A DNA stretch of 64,000 nucleotides from NCBI RefSeq assembly GCF_006345805.1, contig NC_043001.1, forward strand, positions 54,126,001 to 54,190,000, read 5' to 3'. The notes under the pieces were generated by a model that saw only the letters and a list, made by a program, of their open reading frames with translations, did no database searches and had not been told where the DNA came from. The translations under genes were made by a program, and so were the position numbers. The DNA comes from Octopus sinensis. Lineage: Eukaryota. Of this stretch, positions 41,170 to 55,242 are shown in pieces (positions within the stretch are counted from its first letter, which is position 1; each line of letters starts with the position of its first letter).

Positions 41170-41392
41170 CCATTCCTCTCCATATTTTTCTTTCTTTCTC
41201 TCTCTTTCTCCTTCGCCCTCTCTCTCCCCTCTCTCTTCTCTCCATCTCTCTCTTGCTATCTCTTTCCTTCTGCATCTTCATTTCTCTTTCACGCTCTTTC
41301 AATCCTCTCTTTGCCCTCTCGCCCTCTCTCTCCCTCAACCCCTCTCGACCTCTCCACCCCCTCTCTCTCTCTCTCTCTGTCTCCCTCTCTGA
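41170..41392. repeat. CT-rich polypyrimidine tract
   Basis: Directly visible. Confidence 0.9.
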
Positions 41393-41804
41393 ATAACATT
41401 GTTTTCTTGCAGCAACATATATTCCCTCACTATACATCCATTTTACTTCATTCATTATTTCTCAAAGGTAAAACACTGTCGAATTCCTTCCCCCATCAAT
41501 ATTTTAAAAAGGTAAAAAACGTTAGTGGATCAATCTCGCTGGATGTAAAGGAGACAATCAATTTCTGAAAGTTACTTTGCAAAGAGTTACCTCCCTCCTC
41601 GACGTAACGCAGGAAAGGGTGTTTTCTGCTCCCAGAGGGCTTGTTACTCAATACGTGAATAAGTTGAAGAGTCTAAAACCATCTCTGGGACATAAGTAAT
41701 ATATGTTTCCAGTTCCCAATCTGTTGTGAACTTCAGAAATTATGCAGGTTTACACACACACACGCACACACACAACTTGACTTTTATATATATAGATATA
41801 CATT

Positions 41805-43445
41805 ATATAGTTCAAATTTACAGAAAACAAAAGATGAAGACAGGTGAGGGACCAACAAGTAGGTGTATTAGTTTGACGCTCGGGAAAAATGGAAATGTTT
41901 TTGACGCTTCGAGCCTACTCTAAGGAAAAAAGTGGAGACCGAAACAAAATGCGAGAGAGAAAATGTGTGGGGGTTAACGGTTCTGCAGGATGAAATGACC
42001 GGAAGCAAGAGGCTGAGTGAATGAGAGTTAATAAGGTGACCCAACCGAAATATGGTAAGCAAGCGCTTGTGTGCATTTAAGAATGGTGTGTGAGTGTATA
42101 TGTGTATATGTGTGTATGAAGGGGTGAGAGCTAAACTTTTAGGAAGTTGAAAAATAAGAGCCAGTCTAATGAGCATTGTGTGTGCTTTTAGGAGTGTATA
42201 CTATGTGCTGTGGGGGAATGCATGGATGTGGGAGGTGGGATAGGGGTGACAAGGGTTAGGGGTTGGGAGATATTGAGTGCTAGTGTGTGAGGAGTAGGAA
42301 GGTGCGTGTGAAGACATGTGTATGTGAGTGTGTGTGGGTGTGTGCATAATGGTGTGTGGTGTGACTACTGTATTGAACAGTGTGCCTGGGTGTTCGTATA
42401 GTGCTGTGTATGGTCAGAGTCCTGGTGAGTGTTTGTGGGCTTGTGCATACTGGTAAGTGATGTGGTACCGAGAGGTGTTAAGTGCTAGTAGGTGTGGAGT
42501 GGGAAAGTATACGTGAGTGCGTGTTCGTGTGGGTGCGAGGGTGCGTAATAGTGTGTGGTATGAGTATTGAGGTGAACAGTGTGTATGGGTGTTTTTTATA
42601 ATGGTACGTGTGGTGAGGGTGTTGAGCTGGGCGATGTACAGATGTGAGTGGAGGGGAAGTGCTGTTATGGGTAGGATGTGTGTGAGAATATGTGTGGGGT
42701 TGGTGTTAGATGAAGAGAGGTGGTGAATTAAGATTATTAGGAGCAAAGAAATTGAGATTAATTCCTGTTCACGGCGGAAGCAGGAGTCCGAGTGGACTCT
42801 GAGTAAAAATCATCCGTACGCAAACAGATGTTGTAGCGAGTGACCGGCGGAGCAGAAGTACTGCGAGACCGTGGTGTCATTGCTGAGTTTGATGCCTCAG
42901 AGGTGCTCAGTGGACTGGTCGGCCTAACGACGTCCCGTTTGAGCATTGTACAGGGAAGGACAGAGAGAGAAGATACAGTAGATGACATTGCTGGAGGTGC
43001 AAAGAGTCGGTGATGTGACAGGAGGAGGGTGGTTGCCGGTGAGGATAGTGGTATTGGAGATGTATGTGGTAGGTGCGACAGCGTGGGCGAGAGCAGGGGA
43101 AGGAACTATGTTGGATGACACGGAGTAGGGAAGAGACTACGGACCAGAAAGTCACGCAGGTTATGGGTGCGTTTGAAGGAGGGAAGAGATGGGATAGGGA
43201 AGATGTGGGAGGTGGAGAGTCGGACTGGAGACGACGGAAGGCTCGGGAAATGATGCGTTGGAGGGGTAGGTTGGGGGGGTGGTAAGTGAGGGGAAATGGA
43301 GGCCGGGTAAGGATAGGACGAGTACCGGGAAGAGAGCAGGGATAAGATCAAGGGGTCGGGCCTGGGCAAGGTGAGGGGATATCCACGTAGGATGAAGTTG
43401 GGACTAGCTCTGAAAGTCATGGTCATCACTGCATACTCTTTCACC
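41805..43445 (-). mobile_element. Penelope-like element 3' part (GIY-YIG plus 3' UTR)
   Basis: TSHIFPIPSLPSFKRTHNLRDFLVRS, FPCSRPRCRT, CTSSNVIYCIFSLCPSLYNAQTGRR, then EHL..RH across frameshifts (ORFs 43106-43447, 42907-43155, 42924-43121). Confidence 0.85.
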
Positions 43446-43474
43446 AACAGGTAACAATAAACGGGTATATATGC

Positions 43475-43572
<98 letters not shown>
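43475..43572 (+). repeat. (GATA)n
   Basis: Directly visible; a second block lies at 43949-44040. Confidence 0.95.
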
Positions 43573-43609
43573 TACTCCTGTATCCTTATATCTGTGTGTG
43601 TATCCTTAT

Positions 43610-43948
43610 ATCTTTTACCTTTTACTTGTTTTACTGCAGCCATGGTAGAGCACCGCTTTGAAGAATTTGTAGTCAAATGAATCGACCATAGTTCTTTTTT
43701 CAGGCTACTATATATTCTATTGATCTTTTAACCGAATCACTAAGTTACGGAAAATTATTCGTCTTTGAATGTTCCATTGTAGGGAGACAAACACACACAC
43801 ACACACTGATATATATTTCAATTACCCAAGGATTTGGACAGCCCGAGGCTATAGTAGACGATACTTGCCCAAGGTGTCACATAGTGGGACTGAACCTGGA
43901 ACCATGTGGTTGGGATGCAAGCTTCTTACCACAACCATATCTACGCCT
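43610..43948 (-). mobile_element. SINE family 2
   Basis: ttacttgttt..gccatggtagagcaccgc ... cccgaggctatagtag..acttgcccaagg..ggaaccatgtggttggga..aagcttcttaccac. Confidence 0.8.
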
Positions 43949-43976
43949 ATAGATAGACAGATAGATAGATAGACAT

Positions 43977-44041
<65 letters not shown>

Positions 44042-44552
44042 TACTCATTGTATATAGAGATTATGGCATTTACAAGCAGTACCTCAAATTATGGCTCTCC
44101 CAGTTTTTAAACGGGTGTCTGCTTACACACGAATATACGCACAAAGATATATGTATCTAGGTATATATACATATATGCGTGCTTGTGTTTCTATGTTTAT
44201 GCGTGCTTGTGTTTCTGTGTTTATGCGTGTGCTTGTTCTATATGTTTGCGTGTGCGTGTATTGTTAGACTATGTGTATAGTGTTAGAGCCAAATATTCGT
44301 TTACATCAGTGTAATCTACCTCTAATTGTATATTCAGTCTACCTCCGGAAGACTCACGTACATATTGGTATGTGTTCTTTTGTTCCCTAGAGAAGAAAAA
44401 AAAAAGAATCTCTGAGGCAAACAATCTTTAAGCAATTAATTCCTTCAAAGAAAATGCTATAGAGTTGAATTATTCATCTTGGAATGTTCTATTATTTATA
44501 TTTTTGAAATGCTAAATCTAATTTTTCACTAGGTTCCTAGATATATGCGTGT

Positions 44553-44586
<34 letters not shown>

Positions 44587-44743
44587 CTGTGTGTACAAAC
44601 ACACACACAGACACACATATATATTTATATATACGACGATATATATGTATATATGTATATATATATATAAGCGCATAAATATGTATATATACATACATAC
44701 ATACGTAAAAATATGTATGTGTGTATGTATATTATTTATATAC

Positions 44744-44837
<94 letters not shown>

Positions 44838-45319
44838 TATATATATATGGGATAATTTATGTATCTAGCTTGCCAACATTTCAAATGTCGAGATTTGGAA
44901 AACTTCCAAAGCACAGTGTTCTCCATCTGCAAAAATCTAAATAATTATATGCTGTCTGTTTAAACGTACAAGTTCCTTAATGTGAAACTTGAGATTAATT
45001 ATTCCAAATTCTCTTCCTACATGTAACTCTACACCAATTTGTTTAGCCAACAATACATATCACTTAAATTCGGTCGAATATTTCTTAAAGAAATATATGT
45101 GAATAAAGCTCAATAAGTTTTAATTAAACTCAATTCATATTAATTAAGCCCGAAAGGTTTGTTGTCTTTTACAAAGATTTATCTTAGTGAAAATTAGAGG
45201 ATGCTGAATGCAAGTGTTGAAATATATAAAATATTTCACTCACTCATTACAAAGGTTACAATTAACTATTTCAGTATGCTACGTCATGAAATAATTACTA
45301 TTATAGTCCTGTGAGTATG

Positions 45320-45760
45320 TTTTAATGAGGTGGGTTACTACACATATTCGTGTTTCGCGTTTGTTGCAGTAGAGCCTGGATGGTCGAATGGTAAAGAAAC
45401 TCGCTTTCATGAGGTCCCTGGGCCCTGTCTACTGTGTAGCATTTTGGAAATATGTCAATTTCTATAAACTCATGGAGACGAAAACTGTATAGACCACGTT
45501 GTGCAAATTGTACATGTAATTCAAAAGATAGAGCTTCGTCACACAATCTGTCATGCTGATTGCGCATGAGTAGGACGTAAGGATACACTGGTCAGCCACT
45601 TACACGTTTATTCAGGAGCAGGTAATATTGGTTGATCGAACCACTTAATCCTCATCGTAGACGACAGCGACGCCACACCTCCTCCAATAGAGCAATAATC
45701 TGGAAGTATTCGTCCCTATAGTCTTTTCGTCGTTGTCGTGATTCTATATATCACAATATA
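45320..45760 (-). mobile_element. CR1-type LINE APE-endonuclease remnant
   Basis: IGGGVAVVYDE.., PRDLMKASF.., LLQQTRNTNM across stops and frameshifts. Confidence 0.5.
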
Positions 45761-45952
45761 TCTTCATCTTCATGTTTAACACCAGTTCTCTAGGATTATG
45801 GGCGAAATATCACATGCCACTCTTAATTCTGAACTTCTGTTTCTATCATAATTGATCATGAAGGTAAAAATGTAAGATTTCAAACATTCATGAATATACA
45901 CAATATGGTTACGTGCGTACAATACAATTTAAAATATAGTCTAAGGTTCTAG

Positions 45953-46022
<70 letters not shown>

Positions 46023-46024
<2 letters not shown>

Positions 46025-46123
46025 AGATGTACTCGCATAGCAAGTGATTTGATCTGAGATCGTGTGCTGAAACGAAAACAATTGCAGGGTGGAAGGTGTT
46101 TATAAGCCATTTAAGAAACACAC
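46023..46123 (+). mobile_element. Terminal fragment of the 34392 MITE family
   Basis: ggagatgtactcgcatagcaagtg..tgagatcgtgtgctgaaacgaaaacaattgcag.gtggaaggtgtttataagccatt is the reverse complement of the 34640-34724 arm. Confidence 0.8.
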
Positions 46124-46559
46124 AATGAACACACCATGAACAAAATAATAATAAATTTACATACAAGACTGTCAATTACAAACACTCTCAGTTACCCCAA
46201 CCTTACAGCAATCATTGTCCTAACCCCACACTTCCACCTATCATTATCATGACAGACTCACACTTGAATGAACAAAGGAAATGTTTTTATAAACTTCAAT
46301 AATAGTCAGCCAAGTGGAACCACTTACACATAATGTCAGAATTAGTTAAGAGTTTAACAAGACTGCAGTCGTCTGTACACACTCTCAACGGTATAATAAA
46401 ACAGCAGGATATATTTCAAATGGCAATTTAAATATTTATTTCTAATTAAAAACTAAAATAGTCAACCGAGTAACAGCTAAGGAGCAATCTCAAATACACC
46501 ACGAGCAACGCGCACATTAGAAATATATTTCAGTATCAAAAACAACGGTTAGAACTTCG

Positions 46560-48320
46560 GCAAAGCTATTTATGCATGTCCCACTCGAATATTCATCGTC
46601 TGAGTGCAACCCACCGTCCTCTGTCATCGACATTAATTCGAAATGTTTACGTGACCGTATTTGTCTCAGATGACTTCAAGCGGGTCATTTCTTTCATCCG
46701 GCTCAAGTGTCCTGATCCACCCGCGCCTCAACCCCATCTCCCTGACAAACACCAATTCATCGTACTTGACATTCGAGCAAACTGTTATATCCACAAATCA
46801 TTCCTTTCCCGCAAGTAATAGTTGAAATGTCGATGGCCTCAGACCTAGTCATCTTAAAGATTTGTTGTCATTATATGCCGTAGAAGCCGATCTATATCTA
46901 TTGTAGGCGATTGTGTTGCTCATCAACGGACTTATTCACAGTGATTTGAATAAGCCTACGGTCTTTACTTTTTTTGCTATTTTAACCACTCTGCCAAGTG
47001 ACCATGGTCGTTGATAACGACCATCATGACGTATACCTAACGGTCGTTCGTAGGTTTGCAGTAAAATCATGAGCTATCCTAGTTCGTTGTCAGAGTCGCA
47101 TACAGATGTAAGGCTACCAACCACACTGTCATTCAATTCGTGAAAGACACTCCACCTAAGCCAAATCTGAGGATTTTCGATGTCTCATTATGATACTTGA
47201 TATAGAAACGCCTTAAACTGTATGCTTCGAGACCAACTGATGGAATTGTACTTTAAGAGACTCATATATGTCTAGCTATTGACATATTTTGTGGAATCAC
47301 ACGCAGTCAATAACACTGTAACAACTTTCACTGCTTCCCACAGTTCTCCTAACCTCTCTTCTGTGTGCACTTACCGTTGACGATACCGCATGCAGCATCA
47401 CGTCACTTTTTCAATGTTTGGTACTTAACGATGATACAATATGCAAAGCTATTAGTCGCTATCTATTTCATAACCTCTACTTCGTCTCTGTCTTGTTGAG
47501 AATTAAACTCGAGAGTAAGACATCAAAACCTACAGCCATAAATTTCACCTGTATCAAATACAGTTTCAACGAATCCGTCTGCGACGTGCGATCGACAATA
47601 CATCCGGTGCAGGTGACTTCGAAAGAATATGTCCTTATCCTTAGTTCATTGATCCTGCCGTCTGTGGTACGATCGACCATCGAATCGCAAACTCCAATTC
47701 GAAACGCATCCCATCCTCTTTCTCCTGTAAAACTTTTTTATCATACCAAAACTGTTCTATTACCTTTCACAAGGTCCCGTCTCACAAGCAGACGCTCTAC
47801 CACACCCAACTTAGAAATTCTAACCGGTGTAGGGTGGAGGAGATATGCAGCCTCCCGTTTGACGATAGCATGCTAATAGGTAACTTTCTCTGTTCCAGAA
47901 GTGATCTTGGTTTTCGCTCTCCGGCCAAATTATTACTGCCTGCATACCTGCCACTAGTAGCTTCTCTACAACACTGCAGAATCTTCAACATGCAGACATA
48001 CAAAACAGCCAACGTGATGTGGACGTGTCATGACATTAATCTTATAGATGCCCCATCTGATCGACATGATTGGGAAGTCATCCAGTGCAATGAAATCTCG
48101 CACAGATTTGTACATTTATATGACCAGCATCGACTGATATTTTGCAGCTCTACGTCCCAGCCTCAGAATTCATGGTTGAACACTAAACCCTCCAAGTCGA
48201 TTGATACCCAGTCGGACAATAACTGTTTCAGAGAAGATAATTCAGGCAAACATGGATTTTGAGTCTGTGAGCAACAAAAATGCTGCTGTGGACCTTCAGT
48301 AGACGTTTTCGGACTCCAGT
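46560..48320 (+). mobile_element. CRE-clade (restriction-like endonuclease type) non-LTR retrotransposon remnant
   Basis: In order across frameshifts: SFPAS..DGLRPSHLKDL (~46800), RRFAVK, LD.RNALNC, LLCALTVDD, FNVWYL/NDDT (~47420), FIIPKLFY, LGFRSPAKLLLPAYL, WLNTKPS..DNNCFR, CEQQKCCCG..VD.FGL (~48270). Confidence 0.75.
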
Positions 48321-49912
48321 TATTTGATACTACCGACACCTAATATGTATTGCAGTTCGGTGATATTCCAAGAGCATGGCAATGATCAAAAGATAGAAGT
48401 CAGAAGCACAAAACGTAAAACAGTTTTTTTCAGATCTCATGAGACACCTGTAGAAGATATAGAGAATCTAAAAATTGATAGACTCTGTAACTAAGAAAGC
48501 CTCATACACCTGATTGTTACCACAAAGAGCTTGAAAGAAATATTGCACTATTGCAACATTGATATCGGATACTTGTACTCACAATTGTCAATGATTAGAA
48601 TTTGAAAACTGGGTAGAACCAACAGAAATATAAACCAAGAAAATCCATTTGAATCAGCATCACGTAGATTCATCAAGTGCAGTTCACAAAATCCATAGAA
48701 AGATTGATCTTTGATATTACCACCACAGTCATTCATCTTAGCGATTCACGAGATACGTTTACTTCTGAACCTATATCCTATTTAAACCGTTACTCAATGT
48801 AGTTATGACAACAACAACATTATACGAATCGTGATAGCTACCAGCTATATAAGTAATTTCTTTGATCATTTATATCACAACCCACAATCAAATAAACAAA
48901 ATAATGAATACTTATTATAAGATGATATAAACTGCTGATAAAATCAAAGCAGGTGCTTCTAAGTGGCTTCTCTACATGCTAGAATTATCAGTAAAATCAA
49001 CCTTATATCAAAACGTAACGACTTAACAGATCACATTGGATAACGCTGGAAAGTTTCAGAAACGTGTCTCACACGCGTCTGCCTCACATTCACTTTTTAC
49101 TTGGTACTTATGAAAGCTACACATTTTTTAAACATACCCCCTCATACATAGATGTGAGCGCATTCATTTACGCTGTAATTCTTCGAACTGCTGCAATCAT
49201 CTTGAAGCGTGCTCCTCACAATAGGCTAAATGTTACGACTATATAGCGTAATGTTAGCTTTCTTTTATATAGTATAATGAAATTGTAAAGCACAGATATA
49301 CATAAATGCATCTTTCTAATTCTCTCTATACATACATACATACATACATACATACATACATACATACATACATACGTACGTACGTGCGTGCATGCGTGTG
49401 TGTGTGTGTGTGTGTGTGTGTGCCAAGTTTTAATACTAATCTTAAATGAATACGTTTTATTTTTATTCACAACGTTGAATAGAAGACATAAATGTGATCA
49501 ATCTGACAAACCGAGACAAAAAGATGATCTTTTGTTTTATTTGAAGTCAATTGCTTCTTGGCAGTTAGGTTAAGTATTAATTCCTCTATCTCCGCTTAGA
49601 ACATCGGACAATGAGTACAACCGCCCACCCTAGAGAAGTCAGAAGCTATTCCCTGAGCCCGCACCCACATTCTCAGGTTCTCCTCCACAGTCCTTAACCA
49701 GGTTTTGATAGGAGTACCTCACCTCTCACGTCTTCTCTATAACAACAGCTTGAGAGAGAGTCTCACAGTTCTCTCTGTGGGTGTGGGTCGCACGTGTCCG
49801 AGTGTTTTCTCTCGTCTCACGGCGATGATATCCCTTATTTTACGTAGCTCGATCCTTTCTTTCGTAACGTGGTTAAAACATGAAATTGTTCATCAGGAAG
49901 GTGTGTGTGTTT

Positions 49913-50008
<96 letters not shown>

Positions 50009-50092
50009 ACGCGCGTGTGTGTATGTGTTTATATATCATAGCGATCTTCTTCAAAATATGTAATTGATTGCAACGAATTTGAACTCGTGACC

Positions 50093-51092
<1,000 letters not shown>

Positions 51093-51277
51093 GCTAATTA
51101 CCTTGAAGGAAATGCCAATCTAAATCAATTTGATCACGTGACCTCATATTTCTATAACATCTCTTAACAAATACCGTTTATATGCTGGGAAACAAGATGG
51201 GTTTGTCGAATGAGTGTCGAACTAAATATAGTTCAATGCATAATTTCATTTGTTTGGAATCTGATAATTAACACTAA

Positions 51278-51895
51278 GGCGGCGAGCTGGCAGAAAAGTT
51301 AGCACGCCGGGCGAAATGCGTAGCGGTATTTCGTCTGCCGTTCTGAGTACAAATTCCGCCGAGGTCGACTTTGCCTTTCATCCTTTCGGAGTCGATTAAA
51401 TAAGTACCAGTTACGCACTGGGGTCGATATAATCGACTTAATCCGTTTGTCTGTCCTTGTTTGTCCTCTCTGTGTTTCGCTCCTTGTGGGTAGTAAACAA
51501 ATAGGTATTTCGTCTGCCGCTACGTTCTGAGTTCAAATTCTGCCGAGGTCGACTTTGCCTTTCATCCCTTCGGGGTCGATTAAATAAGTACCAGTTACGC
51601 ACTGAGGTCGATGTAATCGACTTAATCCGTTTGTCTGTCCTTGTTTGTCCCTTCTGTGTGTAGCCCCTTGTGGGCAGTAAAAATATAAGAATCGTTAGCA
51701 CGCCGGGCAAAATGCTTCGCGGCAATTCGTCCGTCTGTACGTTCTGAGTTCAAATTCCGCCGAAGACGACTTTGCTTTTCAATAAATAAGTACCAAATCT
51801 CGAATAAATGAGTACCAGTTGAGCACTGGGAGTCGACGTAATCGAATTTACCCCTTCCCAAATATTTCTGGTCTTGTGCCAAAATCAGAAACCGA
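51278..51895 (+). mobile_element. SINE family 1 trimer (A+A+B)
   Basis: Head at 51278; head-less junction aaataGGTATTTC at 51504; third unit starts with a partial head (gttagcacgccggg, ~51693) and ends in tail B. Confidence 0.9.
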
Positions 51896-52574
51896 TATTC
51901 ATTATCTCTACATTCCACTTGGGTTTTCATCTTACTAAGTTAAACAAAATAAATACCAGATATACACTGTTTTTTATGCACTTATCTGCACCCATATGCT
52001 TATATGTGCGCGTGCGAGAGTGCGTTTCAGTTTCTACGTCTTAGGATAAACATGTAGATGAGGTTTCACAATTCCTGATGCACTAAATATCCGTATGTAC
52101 CCTTACCAACTTAGTAAATACGATGTAAAATCTAATTAAAATACCAAACTATACTATCTTCTATTTATTCGGTCACAGTTATCACCGTTTATCAACTCTA
52201 ACGAAAGTACTTAACGGCGCAACAACTATCCTTATTACGTAACACGATACAACAAATAATTTTCTCTCGTCTTCTGACGAAACGCGTATTGTTTATTTGT
52301 TTCGGCAGTAGCCTTGATGTAAACACACCAACGCCGGTTGTCAAGCGGTGGTGGGGAGAAACACAAACTCAAAACTGTAGAAATGAGGTTGCGACGTCAC
52401 TGGTAGATAACATTGGTGGCGTGGAGAGGGGAGGCTGGTATGCATGTGCGATTGTTGGCATTCCACGAAAACAACCTTACCCAGACTTGTGCCTCGGAAG
52501 GGAACTTTCTAGGTGCAATCCCATGGTTATTTTCATGACCGAGGTGGACACACATACACACACACATATGTATG

Positions 52575-52652
<78 letters not shown>

Positions 52653-52694
52653 GTATGTATGAATGTATGTATGTATAAAAATAAAAAAATTAAT

Positions 52695-52937
52695 GTTCCT
52701 TCTCGAGCCAGGTTCATAAGGGCCGGTTTCCCGGTTTCAGTGGCGTAGAAATTCCCCACCTGGATAGAACACCGGTCCGTCGCAGGATTACTCACTTTTG
52801 CCAGGTGAGTGGACTGGAGCAACGTGAAAATGAAATATTTTGCTCAAGAACACAACGCATGGCCCGGTTCAGGAATCGAAACCACAACCTTACGATCATG
52901 AGTCCAACACCCTAACCACTAAGCAACGGGCCTCTAC
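52695..52937 (-). mobile_element. SINE family 3 with tRNA-like head (CTCATGA loop)
   Basis: Reverse complement: gcttagtggttagggtgttggactcatgatcgtaaggttgtggtttcgattcctg (A- and B-box-like motifs). Confidence 0.85.
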
Positions 52938-53345
<408 letters not shown>

Positions 53346-53351
53346 TATGTA

Positions 53352-53635
53352 AACACGATGCCCTTTCAGTTTCCGTCTACCAAATGCACTCGCAAGGTTT
53401 TGGTCGACCCGAGTCAATAGTAGACGGCACTTGCCCAAGGAGCAACACAGTGGAACTGAACCCGAAATGATTTGGTTGGGAAGCAAACTTGTTAGCGATT
53501 CGGCAAACGTGATAGATAGAATAAGTACAAGGCTTTAAAAGGTAAGTATTAGGGTCGATTCGTTCGAGTAAACCTTTCAACGTGGTGCCCCAGCATAGCC
53601 ATAGTCCAATGACTGAAACAAGTAAAACGATAAAA
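53352..53635. mobile_element. SINE family 2 with inverted 5' half
   Basis: 53352-53490 is the 5' half on the minus strand; 53491-53635 is the 3' half on the plus strand. Confidence 0.8.
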
Positions 53636-55146
53636 TCATAACAGATCATTCCTTTGCCATTTTGTCCCTTACGCCTGCTGATTATTATGAATATCTATGA
53701 AATGCATTACTTCAGCTGGCGAGTTATTGATCTTCGATTGAATTTCATGTCTGTTCCACAACTGTATAAAATTAATTTAATACGTCCTGAACAAATATGA
53801 ATGTGATAGAGACACGCAACTCTATTTATTTAATTATTATTTACAGTATACAATTGTTTGTATCTAATTAGTATTTATAGGTTTAGTCTGGTTAATCGCT
53901 GTCAACCTGAACCTCTCTACGGGATTTTCTTAATCATTTTCTCTATAAATGATTAACCAATCTCATAAAATAGCCATTCTGTAATTCAACATATGTGTAT
54001 GTTATGTTGTAATAATGAATTTCTTTAAATAAAACAGAGCCATCAGCTAATATTAAAACCATCCACTTTATGTTTATTGTGTCAATTAGCAATATAAAAC
54101 AGTTCCACTAATAACTCTGTAGATACAGTAACTCTAAGAGTGGGTAAAAGTTCATTTAACCTTCTTTAATGTTGACTTCCTCCTTAGTATTTCTTCTTTT
54201 ATCAAGGTTAATATAATACACTTTCTTTTAACATGAACCAATGTGAGACTCCTCCTATATAACCACTTCATCCGCGTAAAATAGCAGGCAAATATTTCTG
54301 AATCCCCAACATACCGTCCTAAAATTGAAAAGGCCATACACGAAAAGAATCTTCTTTTAGATATATTATCTAAATAAGAAAAATACGAACATACCAAAGT
54401 CATAATGTTTAACGTATTTGAAGTTGATTGTCCTGTAAAACTCACTCTTATTATATAATGCTATACCAAGGGAGTATTAATATTAATATTCTTGTGTGAT
54501 ATCAAATGTTAACGATGTGAAATCATATAATTCTTCAATAATAATGAAATTTAATCTCTAAAACTGCTAGGAGATTTCAGTTACTTTTTAAGATGCGTCC
54601 GGGATGAAAACACTAGTTTTTCGGTTGGGCATAAATAGCGGTACTTCGTAAATTGATGGTATTTGCTCAGCTGTCTCAAAATTATCGAAGTTATGTCGAA
54701 ATCTCTATTTTCGAGCAGAACTTCATGTCGACAAAGAGATATTTGCGTGTGGTTATCGAAATTAGCCGTTAAACTAACATAGTGTTTGGTATTAATACAT
54801 TTATTGGTGTCACATTAAACAACAGATCATGGAACTGGTTAGATGACTACCGGTTAAGTGTCACATGGTAGGATTTATGCAACTGTGCGGTGAAGTATTA
54901 AACGGGATAACGAAATTGAATTCTTTTCTTCAGATAATGTCCGTGAAAGATATTTACAACGGCATAACTTACTTTTATTGTGACTAGATTTTTTTTAAAT
55001 CGCTAATAATTCTGATTACTTTTGAAGCATGTGTTTATTGGGCTTATAAGTTTTTAATGGTGCATGAAGTTTACTTCTAATTAAAAGGTTGATTTACCAA
55101 AGTAGTTTGCCTTTTGTGTTTTTCTTTTTGTTTGGTGGTATTGTTA

Positions 55147-55242
55147 AATTAAGTACCAGTTACGCACTGGGGTTGATGTAATCGACTTAATACCTATGTT
55201 TGTCCCCTCTGTGTTTAGCCCCTTGTGGGTAATAAAGAAATG
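55147..55242 (+). mobile_element. 5'-truncated SINE family 1 (tail A) with 10-bp TSD
   Basis: ggtattgtta at 55137-55146 and 55243-55252. Confidence 0.85.

Noticed and set aside
43180-43380. G-run cluster with quadruplex potential
   Set aside because: Antisense of the Pro-rich Penelope coding segment.
51278-51895. Regularly spaced repeats suggesting a CRISPR-like array
   Set aside because: Whole units are repeated with no unique spacers; explained as SINE multimers in eukaryotic DNA.
52870-52935. tRNA-Met-like sequence
   Set aside because: No acceptor stem closure; continues into SINE body.
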